NCBI GenBank assembly: GCA_963728405.1
Contig: CAVSJV010000002.1
Location: forward strand, 256,001 to 320,000
From: Methanomassiliicoccaceae archaeon
GTDB taxonomy: Archaea; Thermoplasmatota; Thermoplasmata; Methanomassiliicoccales; Methanomassiliicoccaceae
DNA: 64,000 bases
Direction: 5' to 3'
The translations under genes and the position numbers were made by a program. Below, one piece after another: positions 41,819-50,277 of this stretch (positions are counted from its first letter, which is position 1; the number at the start of each line of letters is the position of its first letter). The notes under the pieces were generated by a model that did no database searches, was not told the origin of the DNA, and worked only from the letters and a program-made list of their open reading frames with translations.

Positions 41819-42561
41819 CGGGCGCCCGTCCACTCGGGACGACCATAGCGTTCGCGGACCAGTTCCGCTCCCCTGGCCACCTCCCAGGGGAGGAGGGGGC
41901 GCTCATACCATTCTTTCCATTGACAGAATGAGCGCTGCAGGCCGGCCAGCAGATCGGCCCGTGTCGCCGAGGTGAGCTCCGACACGGAGGTGACCCGGGC
42001 CTCCGGAGAGCTGATGCCCTTGTCCGAGACCTTGTTCTCGGCCACCCTCAGCAGGGAGAACATCCTGTTACGGTCCAGTGAATACAGGACCGTCCCGTGC
42101 TGGATGAACACACCCTCGCGGCGGGTCTGGGCGCAACCGGAGATCTTCTTGCCTCCGACCGTTATGTCGTTGATCGGCACGTATTTGGGGTTTAGCCCCA
42201 GACCCTTGAGCGCGTCCATGACCCAGTCACACACCTCCTGGTAGGATGCGGTGATGTCCCTGCCCATGAGTTCCTCCGGAGCGATCACGCTGTAGGTGAT
42301 CTCGCCGTCCCGATCGTGAAATACCGCCCCCCCGCCGCTACGCCGGCGAACGATGTCAACGCCCTGACGGTGACACTCTTCGACATCGACCTCATCGAGG
42401 AGGGATTGGAAGCAGCCGATCGATATCGCCGACGGCTCCCAACCGTAGAACCGGATGGTGGGTGGGGACCTCGATGATCTGACCCCCTCAGCCACCGCCT
42501 CGTCCACCGCCATGTTCATAACGGCAGTCTGCCTGATGAAGGGCAAGAGGCGCCACCTCAA
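41815..42561 (-). CDS. lplA: Lipoate--protein ligase catalytic subunit
   Basis: NMAVDEA, SIGCFQ, VRRRSGGGAVFHD, NDI..GGKKISG.AQ, QHGT. Confidence 0.92.
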   Translation of the reverse strand: MRWRLLPFIRQTAVMNMAVDEAVAEGVRSSRSPPTIRFYGWEPSAISIGCFQSLLDEVDVEECHRQGVDIVRRRSGGGAVFHDRDGEITYSVIAPEELMGRDITASYQEVCDWVMDALKGLGLNPKYVPINDITVGGKKISGCAQTRREGVFIQHGTVLYSLDRNRMFSLLRVAENKVSDKGISSPEARVTSVSELTSATRADLLAGLQRSFCQWKEWYERPLLPWEVARGAELVRERYGRPEWTGAR

Positions 42562-42839
42562 GATCTGGCCTCCTTGATGGCCGCGGCCAGGTCAGCTGGC
42601 CCGAACCCCAGGATCACCAAGCGGTTCTCCGATAAGACCCCCTCAACGCGCTTGGCCAGTTCCCGCTCGCTCTCCTCGATGGAGGTACCCAACAGCGCCA
42701 CTTCCAGCATGGCTAGCCCGTCCTCGGGGTGGAGGAAGAAGTCCCCGGTGATCATGATCTCAGTTATGGTCGAACCATCATGCTTCAGCCGGACCCGGAG
42801 GAGCTTACCTCCCCTGACCTTGCGGCTAGCGGTCCCCAC
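42558..42839 (-). CDS. lplB: Lipoate--protein ligase accessory subunit (stand-alone C-terminal domain)
   Basis: KVRGGKLLRV...ITGDFFLHPE...LE..L.G motif; overlaps the lplA start. Confidence 0.88.
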   Translation of the reverse strand: MGTASRKVRGGKLLRVRLKHDGSTITEIMITGDFFLHPEDGLAMLEVALLGTSIEESERELAKRVEGVLSENRLVILGFGPADLAAAIKEARS

Positions 42840-42846
42840 TTGCCGC

Positions 42847-43152
42847 CTACTCCTTGGCCCATTTGAGGATCTGGTCCTTCGTTGTGCTCATTCCGCACAA
42901 CGCTTTTTTGGTCTTCTCATTGAATAGCGCAGGCACGCCCAACGACCCGCCGCATGCCTCCTTCAGCACATTGCCGTAGCTGCGCATCAGTTTGGCGTTC
43001 TCATCGGAGTGCCAGACCTCTAGCTCCGTGATCCCCCTACCTGCCTCCTTGGTCAGCTGATCGTTCGCTTCCGTCACTATGGGGTGCAGCTTCGCGCAAT
43101 GGGGGCATTCCCGCCCCCAGAAGAATAACAGCCTGTTGCCTTGTTCCGCCAT
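42847..43152 (-). CDS. Thioredoxin/glutaredoxin-fold protein (CPHC)
   Basis: FFWGRECPHC...LEVWH...GVP cis-Pro loop. Confidence 0.85.
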   Translation of the reverse strand: MAEQGNRLLFFWGRECPHCAKLHPIVTEANDQLTKEAGRGITELEVWHSDENAKLMRSYGNVLKEACGGSLGVPALFNEKTKKALCGMSTTKDQILKWAKE

Positions 43153-43153
43153 A

Positions 43154-43584
43154 TCATTCCCTCTTGACGAAGAGTCCACACCAGCATTCGCCGGTACTCC
43201 TTGTAGACAGGTTGGATGAAGAAATTGCAGGGGCAGATGAGATTGAGGTCACTCCTCGAGATCTCCGGTAGTTATCCGGCAGGGACAGTACTTAAGGCCG
43301 TGGTTCTTTTGGTTCTCCAGCTCTCCCGTTGCTAGCGTCCTGACGAATTTTCGGTCGGGGTTGAGCTTGAACGGTTTACCTTCGGCAAACTTCTCCCAGG
43401 CCTCAAGAAGCTGATCTACCTGGTCCAACCTATCGCCGCGGTCGATGATGACCTTCATCGTCTCGGGGTAGTCGATCAGGGTGAAAGCGTTCTTAGCTCC
43501 GCACGTGGGGCAGACCGCTGGCCCCTTTACACCGTAGTGAATGTCGTTGCATACATTGCATCGCCAGAGCTTCTTTACTGCCAT
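43154..43584 (-). CDS. Rubredoxin-like domain fused to a ferredoxin:thioredoxin (disulfide) reductase catalytic domain; +1 frameshifts at ~43251 and ~43193
   Basis: WRCNVC...CPTC rubredoxin-like domain; FTR motifs YCPCR, ICPC and CWCGLFV recovered after removing two single bases; stop 1 nt before the Trx ATG. Confidence 0.85.
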
Positions 43585-43831
43585 TGTAGCCCCCTGTTGA
43601 CAATGAAATTGAATGAATATAAACAATTGCCAGGGGCAGTGCTGCGTGATCGTTGATGCGTTAGCCGGCTCATTCCTGGCATTATACCATCGGGTTTCCT
43701 GTCCAATATCGGCGCTGGCGCTGCATCGCCCTTTCCCGACTTCCCAACATTTTCAGGACAGCGGTAGAATTTGGAAGGTCCGTTCCCGCAACGTGTAACA
43801 TATAAATTGGTGTCCCAAGCACTTTAGATCG

Positions 43832-44407
43832 GTGAAAGGATTGTTCGCAGTAAGATGTCCAGCATGCAAGGAACGCGTTGAAGGTTCGTCGTCCCAGGAT
43901 CTCTCTAGGTCAGTGAAGATGCACTTCTCTGAGGTGCATGGAGTTGGTTCAGGGAGCATGGAGAAGGAACTTGCCCCACCCATGGGTACGCGTTCAACCA
44001 GTTCCATGGAGGAGTTCCAAGGCGGATCGGAGAGCAGCGGGTTTCCCCGCGAAGGCCCCGTTACTCCGGAGGACCGCGCTCCGAGAAGGAAGCCCATCAA
44101 TCCGACCCCAGGCGGAGGGATCGGGTCGGGGGCCAAGGTCGACTACAAGGAGAAGTCCTTCGAGGTAGGGGACACTGGCGCCGGCACGGGAATGGGGGGG
44201 TTCGAAAGCGGTACGGTGACCCCGGAGGGAACTGGAGGAAGCGAGGACACCAGAGGCATAAAGAGCTTCCAGTGCCCGATCTGTGGGGACGACGTAGAGG
44301 GTGAATCGGAGGAGGAACTATCGTCCAGCTTCGGTAACCACTTGATCGGTAACCACCGTGACGAGCCCTTCATCAACCGACTGATGACGAAGATCGGGAG
44401 TCGGTGA
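43832..44407 (+). CDS. Double CPxC-x18-H-x4-H metal-finger protein (DUF1059-like), paralogue 1
   Basis: CPAC...HFSEVH and CPIC...HLIGNH flanking a G/S/E/P-rich linker. Confidence 0.85.
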   Translation: MKGLFAVRCPACKERVEGSSSQDLSRSVKMHFSEVHGVGSGSMEKELAPPMGTRSTSSMEEFQGGSESSGFPREGPVTPEDRAPRRKPINPTPGGGIGSGAKVDYKEKSFEVGDTGAGTGMGGFESGTVTPEGTGGSEDTRGIKSFQCPICGDDVEGESEEELSSSFGNHLIGNHRDEPFINRLMTKIGSR

Positions 44408-44414
44408 GAACGCT

Positions 44415-44840
44415 ATGGTCGCAGTGCGCTGTCCCTGGTGCGAGCGTCGACTGGAAGCTGCTGACGGTGACATCCTCTCCGCTGCCCTGACCGTCCATTT
44501 TCACCGTAACCATGGTCTGGTCCTCCCGGACCCGGACCTGTTGACCGGTGGGAGGGAAGGGCACCTCTCCTCCCTGGCCGAGATAGAAGGAACGACCGGG
44601 GAGAAAGAAGTGCGAATCGGCTCCGAAATATATGGTTCTCGCTTGACCGAACGGGAGGGCGACCTCTACGGGGCCAGAGGACCACCCACCACCATAGCCG
44701 TTCAGAGAGGTAGGGAGAAACCCTTCGTGGAGTGCCCGCTATGTGGGCTGGAAGTCCAGGGCCGCAGCGAGGGTGAGCTATCCAGAAACCTAAAGGAGCA
44801 CATGAGAAAGAACAATGAGCTGGGGGGCGGTCGGGAATGA
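44415..44840 (+). CDS. Double metal-finger protein, paralogue 2
   Basis: CPWC...HFHRNH and CPLC...HMRKNN (last His replaced by Asn). Confidence 0.85.
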   Translation: MVAVRCPWCERRLEAADGDILSAALTVHFHRNHGLVLPDPDLLTGGREGHLSSLAEIEGTTGEKEVRIGSEIYGSRLTEREGDLYGARGPPTTIAVQRGREKPFVECPLCGLEVQGRSEGELSRNLKEHMRKNNELGGGRE

Positions 44841-45089
44841 ACATAAGTCCCTGCTCTGTTCGCGTCGGGAGCGTGAACGGTGTAGGGAGAGATGAGCCCG
44901 GCCCGCTTCCCGTCCCATACCGGGGTAACGAACACAATGGGGAACGGCCAAAGGTGGCAGTAGCGGGAGGTCGGGTCCGACGACGATTTCTCCGCCCGAT
45001 CCAGCAATGCGTCTACCCATGGCCTAGGGGAGGAAGACGGGCGCCATGAAATAGTGCCAGTGGCAGACAATGGAGATGCCAGGATATGA
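44837..45089 (+). CDS. Low-complexity hypothetical protein inside the finger array, probably with one +1 frameshift after ~44963
   Basis: ATGA overlaps with both neighbours (44837-44840 and 45086-45089) if one base is removed; no finger motif. Confidence 0.4.
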
Positions 45090-45697
45090 CCAGCGTTAGA
45101 TGCCCGATCTGCGATCGGTCCATGACGTCAACCGACAAGGAAGGACTGAACGCGATGCTGCGAGGTCATCTCTCGGACGAACATGATATCGAGGTGCCCA
45201 AGGCGAGCGACAGTTTCTCTGGAACGTCGACCATGAACGGATCGGGAGAGGGGATCGAGGAAGATGCCTCTCCTGTAAGGGAGGGGGGCCGCATCCACCG
45301 CGCCGAGCTGCGTCGGGAGGAGCAGTTCTATGCCCCTGAGGAAGGGACCGCTGTGCCACCGCGTCCGAAGGGATTGGGTGATTGGCTCAGGAAGGCCTTG
45401 GGAACCGACGCCGAGGACGGTGGGAAGGACGAGTGGGCCCGAGGTCAGGGATACCCATTGCTAATGGGGCGGGAGAAGAGCACATATGTTGATCAGCGGC
45501 CTCGAGAGCGGAACGAAGGGTCGGTGCTCGCTGCCCAAGAAATGCCCCTTGAGGAAAGGGGATCGGGACGGATCAAATGCCCTATCTGCGGTGAGGCCAT
45601 CGCAGGAATTGATGAGGATGGGCTTTCCGAGGAGCTTAAATTGCACATGATGGGGACTCATCAGATCGTACGCCGTGAAGCGCTGCCCCGGCAATAG
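45086..45697 (+). CDS. Double metal-finger protein, paralogue 3
   Basis: CPIC...HLSDEH and CPIC...HMMGTH. Confidence 0.87.
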   Translation: MTSVRCPICDRSMTSTDKEGLNAMLRGHLSDEHDIEVPKASDSFSGTSTMNGSGEGIEEDASPVREGGRIHRAELRREEQFYAPEEGTAVPPRPKGLGDWLRKALGTDAEDGGKDEWARGQGYPLLMGREKSTYVDQRPRERNEGSVLAAQEMPLEERGSGRIKCPICGEAIAGIDEDGLSEELKLHMMGTHQIVRREALPRQ

Positions 45698-45844
45698 CTG
45701 AATCTGGTGCTGAATGCCGAACTGCTCAACGGCCTGGAATCATTGCCATACTGCGGTTCAGAATCGGCGGCCAGCCCATTTGAATGAGGTATAAACGGCC
45801 AACGTTCAAATAGGTTCCAATAAGAGATTATTTTGGTATAATTT

Positions 45845-46408
45845 ATGACCACCATCAAATGCCCTATATGCAAGGAGAGGATCTCAGGGGCCAGTGGCGC
45901 CGACCTCAACGATAGTCTGAGGATACATCTCGTGGATGTACACCGGATGAATGAACTGATGGGGTCCCGAAGTGGAACCTCCAGGGAGGTCACTTCCATG
46001 GAAAGGACCGTTCCGATGGGGAGGTCTACGGAGCCCGGTTATGTCCGCGAGCCGATCAGGCGGGATCCGAGCATCGAGAGAAGGCCTGCCGCCGGTCTGT
46101 TCAGCGCCCCGGAGTCCCGGACCGAGCGGGAAGTAGAGACCTGGAGCTACCGCAGACCAGAGCGATTCCAGTCGGAGTACTACATTCCCCGGGAAGAGGT
46201 CCGGCAATGGAGATATCCCGTGATCGGAGCTGGCGGAGAGAGGGGGCCGGCTAGGGCCGAGAATCTTTTACCAGCCACGATCAATTGCCCTCTGTGCGGT
46301 GACCTTGTAAGGGGGAGGGACGAGGACGATCTTTCCGACCGGCTCCATGACCACATGGCCGATACCCACGACATCCGTCCCAAGATGTACGCGCGGTACC
46401 GGACCTGA
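45845..46408 (+). CDS. Double metal-finger protein, paralogue 4
   Basis: CPIC...HLVDVH and CPLC...HMADTH; Arg/Glu/Pro-rich linker. Confidence 0.87.
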   Translation: MTTIKCPICKERISGASGADLNDSLRIHLVDVHRMNELMGSRSGTSREVTSMERTVPMGRSTEPGYVREPIRRDPSIERRPAAGLFSAPESRTEREVETWSYRRPERFQSEYYIPREEVRQWRYPVIGAGGERGPARAENLLPATINCPLCGDLVRGRDEDDLSDRLHDHMADTHDIRPKMYARYRT

Positions 46409-46475
46409 GCATCAAACCTCTTCCATTTTTCTGCTAAGTATTATACCTAGCTGGCTCGCATGGTCCTACGTTAAT

Positions 46476-46863
46476 ATGACCTCGATTACGATGCCCGATA
46501 TGCAGAGCCGCCATCACCGGGGACGGGGAGGCCGCACTCACCCATGGTCTCCGGGACCATATGGCCTCGACGCATGAGATCAAGGACCTTTGCGAGATGA
46601 ACGAGAGGACCATGCCCCAGAATCGTGAGACCAGCTCATCGCCCCAGGATCGGGGACCGGAGGACTGGGAAAAAATAAAGAAAGGAGCGACCCCATCCGA
46701 GATGGAGATCGGCGAGGACGTGGAGCAGAGCGTCCTATGCCCGTTCTGCGGTTCCCGGGTGTTCGGCCACGACGGGGATGACCTTTCCAACATGTTGCAT
46801 GATCACATCGAAGATGTCCACGATCTCAAACCGACCCGGATCATCCCCCGGCTTAAATTCTGA
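46476..46863 (+). CDS. Double metal-finger protein, paralogue 5; +1 frameshift at ~46488
   Basis: Removing one base gives MTSIRCPICRAAITGDGEAALTHGLRDHMASTH in frame with ORF 46561..46863 (CPFC...HIEDVH). Confidence 0.8.
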
Positions 46864-47400
46864 TCAGAGCTTCCTGATCACCGGGCTGGGGGTACGGAAC
46901 TCGCCGTCCCAATAGATCAGAGTGTCGGTGCGGTCATAGTCCTGGGCCACGTCGGTATGGACGACCTTGCCCATGTACCAGATGTGGTCCCAATCAGCTC
47001 GATCGACCTGTTCCAGCTTCTTGACCTCGATGTTCAGGGGGCACTCCACGATGCTCGGCGATCTGATCCTCTTGCCGGGCTGAGGGGTCAATCCTACCTC
47101 GGAGAATTTGTTCATCCTGCTGCCCGATTGTTGGCCGCATTTGATCACCTGCTCCAGGATGTCCTTGCCCGGCACATTGAGGGAGAAATCCTCGGCCTCC
47201 TCGAGCAGCTTGTAGCTGAACCTAGAGGACTTGATACCGATCCCGATGATGGTCGGGTCGATGGAGAACACATTGAACATCCCGATGGTGGTGACGTTGT
47301 GCTCCTTCTCTCCTACCGCAAGCAGCATGACCGGGGCCGGCGGTAGTTGCATGACCGCTTCTATCGTCCCCATGTCCAGCTTCAGTTTCTCCTCGCTCAT
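46864..47400 (-). CDS. Flavin reductase-like (flavoredoxin) family protein
   Basis: FSLNVP, CG..SG..NKF..GLT, P.IVECPLNIE, H..YMGKV. Confidence 0.88.
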   Translation of the reverse strand: MSEEKLKLDMGTIEAVMQLPPAPVMLLAVGEKEHNVTTIGMFNVFSIDPTIIGIGIKSSRFSYKLLEEAEDFSLNVPGKDILEQVIKCGQQSGSRMNKFSEVGLTPQPGKRIRSPSIVECPLNIEVKKLEQVDRADWDHIWYMGKVVHTDVAQDYDRTDTLIYWDGEFRTPSPVIRKL

Positions 47401-47459
47401 GGTAACTCCTTAATATAATGAACCGGCCAGCTAATAATAACCTGCCCTTACTAGTGCGG

Positions 47460-47933
47460 TCATTGGCAGGAGCGGCAAGCTGCCAGGACGGCGCCGTAGT
47501 CCGGCTGGATGGCATGGTCCGGAGCAGTCCAGGCGTACTGGACCTTCCGGTTCACGCAAATGACGAAGACCGACCGCTCGGCATGGCCGGCCAGGAAGCG
47601 GCCGTCCGGGGTGAGGACGCCATAGCGCGAGGAGACCTGACCGCCAACATCGCTGAGGAGCCCCCATTCTATGTTCATCTGCTCCTTCCAGGCCCGATGG
47701 GATGTCGTCGAGTTGACCGAGATCCCAAGGATATGCGCACCCGCCCCTTCGATATCCTCGATGATCTCCTGGAAGGCTTTCATCTCCATGGTGCAGATGA
47801 CCCCCCAGTCCGTGGGATAGAACACCAGCACCACCGTGCCCCTCCTTACCTCATCGGTCAGTCGAACGGTGCGTTCGGACGCCTCAGGCAGCTCGAAATC
47901 GGGGGCGGTATCCCCCACCATTACATGTTCCAT
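47460..47933 (-). CDS. Peroxiredoxin-like redoxin (AhpC/TSA family)
   Basis: VGDTAPDFELP, LVFYPTDWGVICTMEM, GISVNS, LLSD, AERSVFVI. Confidence 0.85.
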   Translation of the reverse strand: MEHVMVGDTAPDFELPEASERTVRLTDEVRRGTVVLVFYPTDWGVICTMEMKAFQEIIEDIEGAGAHILGISVNSTTSHRAWKEQMNIEWGLLSDVGGQVSSRYGVLTPDGRFLAGHAERSVFVICVNRKVQYAWTAPDHAIQPDYGAVLAACRSCQ

Positions 47934-47937
47934 CGGG

Positions 47938-48375
47938 CTAGGCCACCTCGCGGGCCCTTTCCGGCTCGTCGGGAGGGAGGTTCATCATCCTGCGCCAGGT
48001 CCGGCGGTCGACATGCTTGATATCTCCCTTCTCATCGTAGTAGTGGATCTGATAGTAGAACAGCCACCAATTATTGAGCTCAAGCAGCTTCATGCGGGTC
48101 TTCACCGCCTTCTCCTTGGGGACCACCACGACCAGGCGGCTCTTGGCCTGGAGCACTCGTGCATACTCGATCATACAGTGGGGATCGGAGAGGGTAACAT
48201 CAGTCTCTACGAACTCCTTGCTCACCACGAAACGGTCCTGGCAGGCGGTGATGACCCCTCTGCCCTTGCAGATCTCGTAGGAGACGGTGGCGTCAGGATA
48301 GATCTCCGTGATCTCCCGTTGAGCATCTTTGGCCCGTTTCTGGGTGACTGCCTCGACGATCTCCTTGCCCGCCAC
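47938..48375 (-). CDS. Conserved hypothetical protein
   Basis: GTG start with a TATA-like element upstream; host-like codon usage; 4 nt from the downstream redoxin. Confidence 0.7.
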   Translation of the reverse strand: MAGKEIVEAVTQKRAKDAQREITEIYPDATVSYEICKGRGVITACQDRFVVSKEFVETDVTLSDPHCMIEYARVLQAKSRLVVVVPKEKAVKTRMKLLELNNWWLFYYQIHYYDEKGDIKHVDRRTWRRMMNLPPDEPERAREVA

Positions 48376-48486
48376 GGCAGAACAACGATTTCTATTGTAT
48401 ATAACGATAAAGCCAACAACCTTCGCCATAGCTGGAATAGATAGCTGGGAACCAACCATTATTAGAGGTGGCCGGATTGGGGGTCG

Positions 48487-48843
48487 ATGGCTCGTCGGAG
48501 GAGACTGAGGATCACCCCGGTGGTGTCGGCCTTCGTGTGGGGCGTCCTCACCGGTCTGGGCATCGACCCGACCCAGATGATATTCGAGACCACTCTCAAG
48601 CAGCTCGGCCCCTATGTACAGGTAGCCTCGGTCATTCTATTCCTGGTGGTCATCTATTTTTCGTACAGCTGGATCATTGAAGGAATACAGCGCTCGAGGA
48701 GGGCCTTCCGGATTGCCGGGGCCGTTGGGATCGCCGCCATGGTCCTGGCGTTCCTCTCCGGGCTCTTCATATTCACCTGGGACAAGGCGGCTATCGTTAT
48801 GGTGATCGCCGTGATCGCCTGGGTCTACGCCATCTGGAAATAA
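48487..48843 (+). CDS. Small integral membrane protein (~4 TM)
   Basis: Four hydrophobic segments in 118 aa. Confidence 0.75.
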   Translation: MARRRRLRITPVVSAFVWGVLTGLGIDPTQMIFETTLKQLGPYVQVASVILFLVVIYFSYSWIIEGIQRSRRAFRIAGAVGIAAMVLAFLSGLFIFTWDKAAIVMVIAVIAWVYAIWK

Positions 48844-48873
48844 AAAATGAACCGGCCCGCAGGCCGTAAGGTT

Positions 48874-49155
48874 TCACTGGCTGTCGATGATCTTGATCAA
48901 GTGGTAGCCGAACTCGGTCTTCACCGGGCCGACGACCTCGCCCTTTTTCGCGGCGAAGGCAGCGTCCTCGAACTTCTTGACCATCTGGCCTTTTCCGAAG
49001 GTTCCCAGGTCCCCGCCCTTGTTCTTGGAGGGGCATGTGGAGTACTCCTTGGCGATGGTCTCGAACTTCTCGCCGGACTTGATCCGGGCCAGGAGCTCGT
49101 AGGCCTTGTTCTGGTCCTTTACTAGTATGTGCGCAGCATGAACTTTGGTGGTCAT
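48874..49155 (-). CDS. ppiC: Parvulin-type peptidyl-prolyl isomerase
   Basis: HAAHILVK, SKNKGGDLG.F.KGQMV..FE.AAF, PVKTEFGYHLI. Confidence 0.95.
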   Translation of the reverse strand: MTTKVHAAHILVKDQNKAYELLARIKSGEKFETIAKEYSTCPSKNKGGDLGTFGKGQMVKKFEDAAFAAKKGEVVGPVKTEFGYHLIKIIDSQ

Positions 49156-49204
49156 GAGGTCATGGCAGACCTGAACCGGAATAAATAGCTTCGGTCGATC
49201 TCTC

Positions 49205-49471
49205 TCAAACCGTGGAGATGTCGGTTATGTAGCCCCTTTGTTGATTGATCATATCCTTGATCTCCGCAACGCTGGGCACTCGTCCTTGAACCACCAATTT
49301 TCCGTTGATGAACAGGGCGGGCTGGGACATCACTCCTCGCCTCTGCGCCTCCGAGGGGTCCTGCAGCTTATCGACCTCCGGGCTCAATCCCAGCTCTTCC
49401 AGGGCAGCATGGGTCGCCACCTCTATTAAGCGACATTTGGCGCAACCGACCGAGAACACTTCGATCTTCAT
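49205..49471 (-). CDS. Small redox-active disulfide protein (thioredoxin-like, MTH895 type)
   Basis: MKIEVF..GCAKC...GVMSQPALFING.LV..GRVPS. Confidence 0.88.
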   Translation of the reverse strand: MKIEVFSVGCAKCRLIEVATHAALEELGLSPEVDKLQDPSEAQRRGVMSQPALFINGKLVVQGRVPSVAEIKDMINQQRGYITDISTV

Positions 49472-49560
49472 ATTCTCACGATCTAGGATTGTTCCGCCCT
49501 AATAAATAACATCGACCGGAAAGGGGAGAAAGGATTATCGCTGTCTCCGCATGTTCCGGC

Positions 49561-50235
49561 GTGATGGTCCGCTCTCTTTTCCGCCTGGTGACGAAGCACA
49601 TCGGACCCACCTACGCGTTGCAAGAGATACTCTATGGGTTGATCATGGCCTTGGGTACCATCAGTACCGTGTCGATCGGGATCGGCCTGGATTCCAACTC
49701 CAGATATACGCTGATCGTAGCGGCAGTGGGTGTTAATATCACCTGGGGGCTGGCGGACATGATCATGTACATGCTCACCAAAAACTTCGACCGGATGAGG
49801 CATCAGCAGTTGGCCGACGCCATCATCAGCGAACCGGACGAGGACTGGCCGCTGGATGTGATCGAATATGATCTTTCCGATACGATAGTGGAGACCCTTG
49901 ACCCCGCTGACCGCCATCGCATCTATCGGGATATAATGGACTCTGAGTCCCGGGCGGTCGGCCGCCCCCTCCGGTTCAGCGTGGGTCATTTCTATGGGGG
50001 GTTGGCCTGCCTCCTCATCACTATCCTGGCAGCATTGCCCCTGGTCGTCCCATTGCTGCTCATCACCTCGCTGTCCCTGGGATTGAGGGTCGCCTCCCTC
50101 CTAGCTGTTGGCCTGCTGTTCCTGGCCGGCTATCTATGGGCCCCCTATGCCGGCCTCAGGAAGGAGTGGGCCGGCCTGGGCATGATGGGTGTGGGTGCGG
50201 TGATAACCCTGGCAACACTTGTACTGGGTGGTTGA
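49561..50235 (+). CDS. VIT1/CCC1-like membrane protein
   Basis: EILYGLIMAL...AVGVNITWGLAD N-terminal TMs, cytoplasmic loop, three C-terminal TMs. Confidence 0.75.
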   Translation: MMVRSLFRLVTKHIGPTYALQEILYGLIMALGTISTVSIGIGLDSNSRYTLIVAAVGVNITWGLADMIMYMLTKNFDRMRHQQLADAIISEPDEDWPLDVIEYDLSDTIVETLDPADRHRIYRDIMDSESRAVGRPLRFSVGHFYGGLACLLITILAALPLVVPLLLITSLSLGLRVASLLAVGLLFLAGYLWAPYAGLRKEWAGLGMMGVGAVITLATLVLGG

Positions 50236-50277
50236 AGCCCTTACAATTATATCTTCGGGCCTCATTCCTCCCTTCTG

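Noticed and set aside
43249-43251. In-frame TGA in the FTR gene as selenocysteine
   Set aside because: Not at a Cys position; the downstream CPC motif is in the +1 frame, so an extra base explains it.
44892-45089. 65-codon ORF with internal TAG (44961) as a pyrrolysine protein
   Set aside because: A single +1 indel joining ORF 44837 to this frame explains both ATGA overlaps more simply; there is no homology support.
47938-48375. Possible PD-(D/E)XK nuclease fold
   Set aside because: Only a vague resemblance (EFVET); catalytic motif not identifiable by eye.
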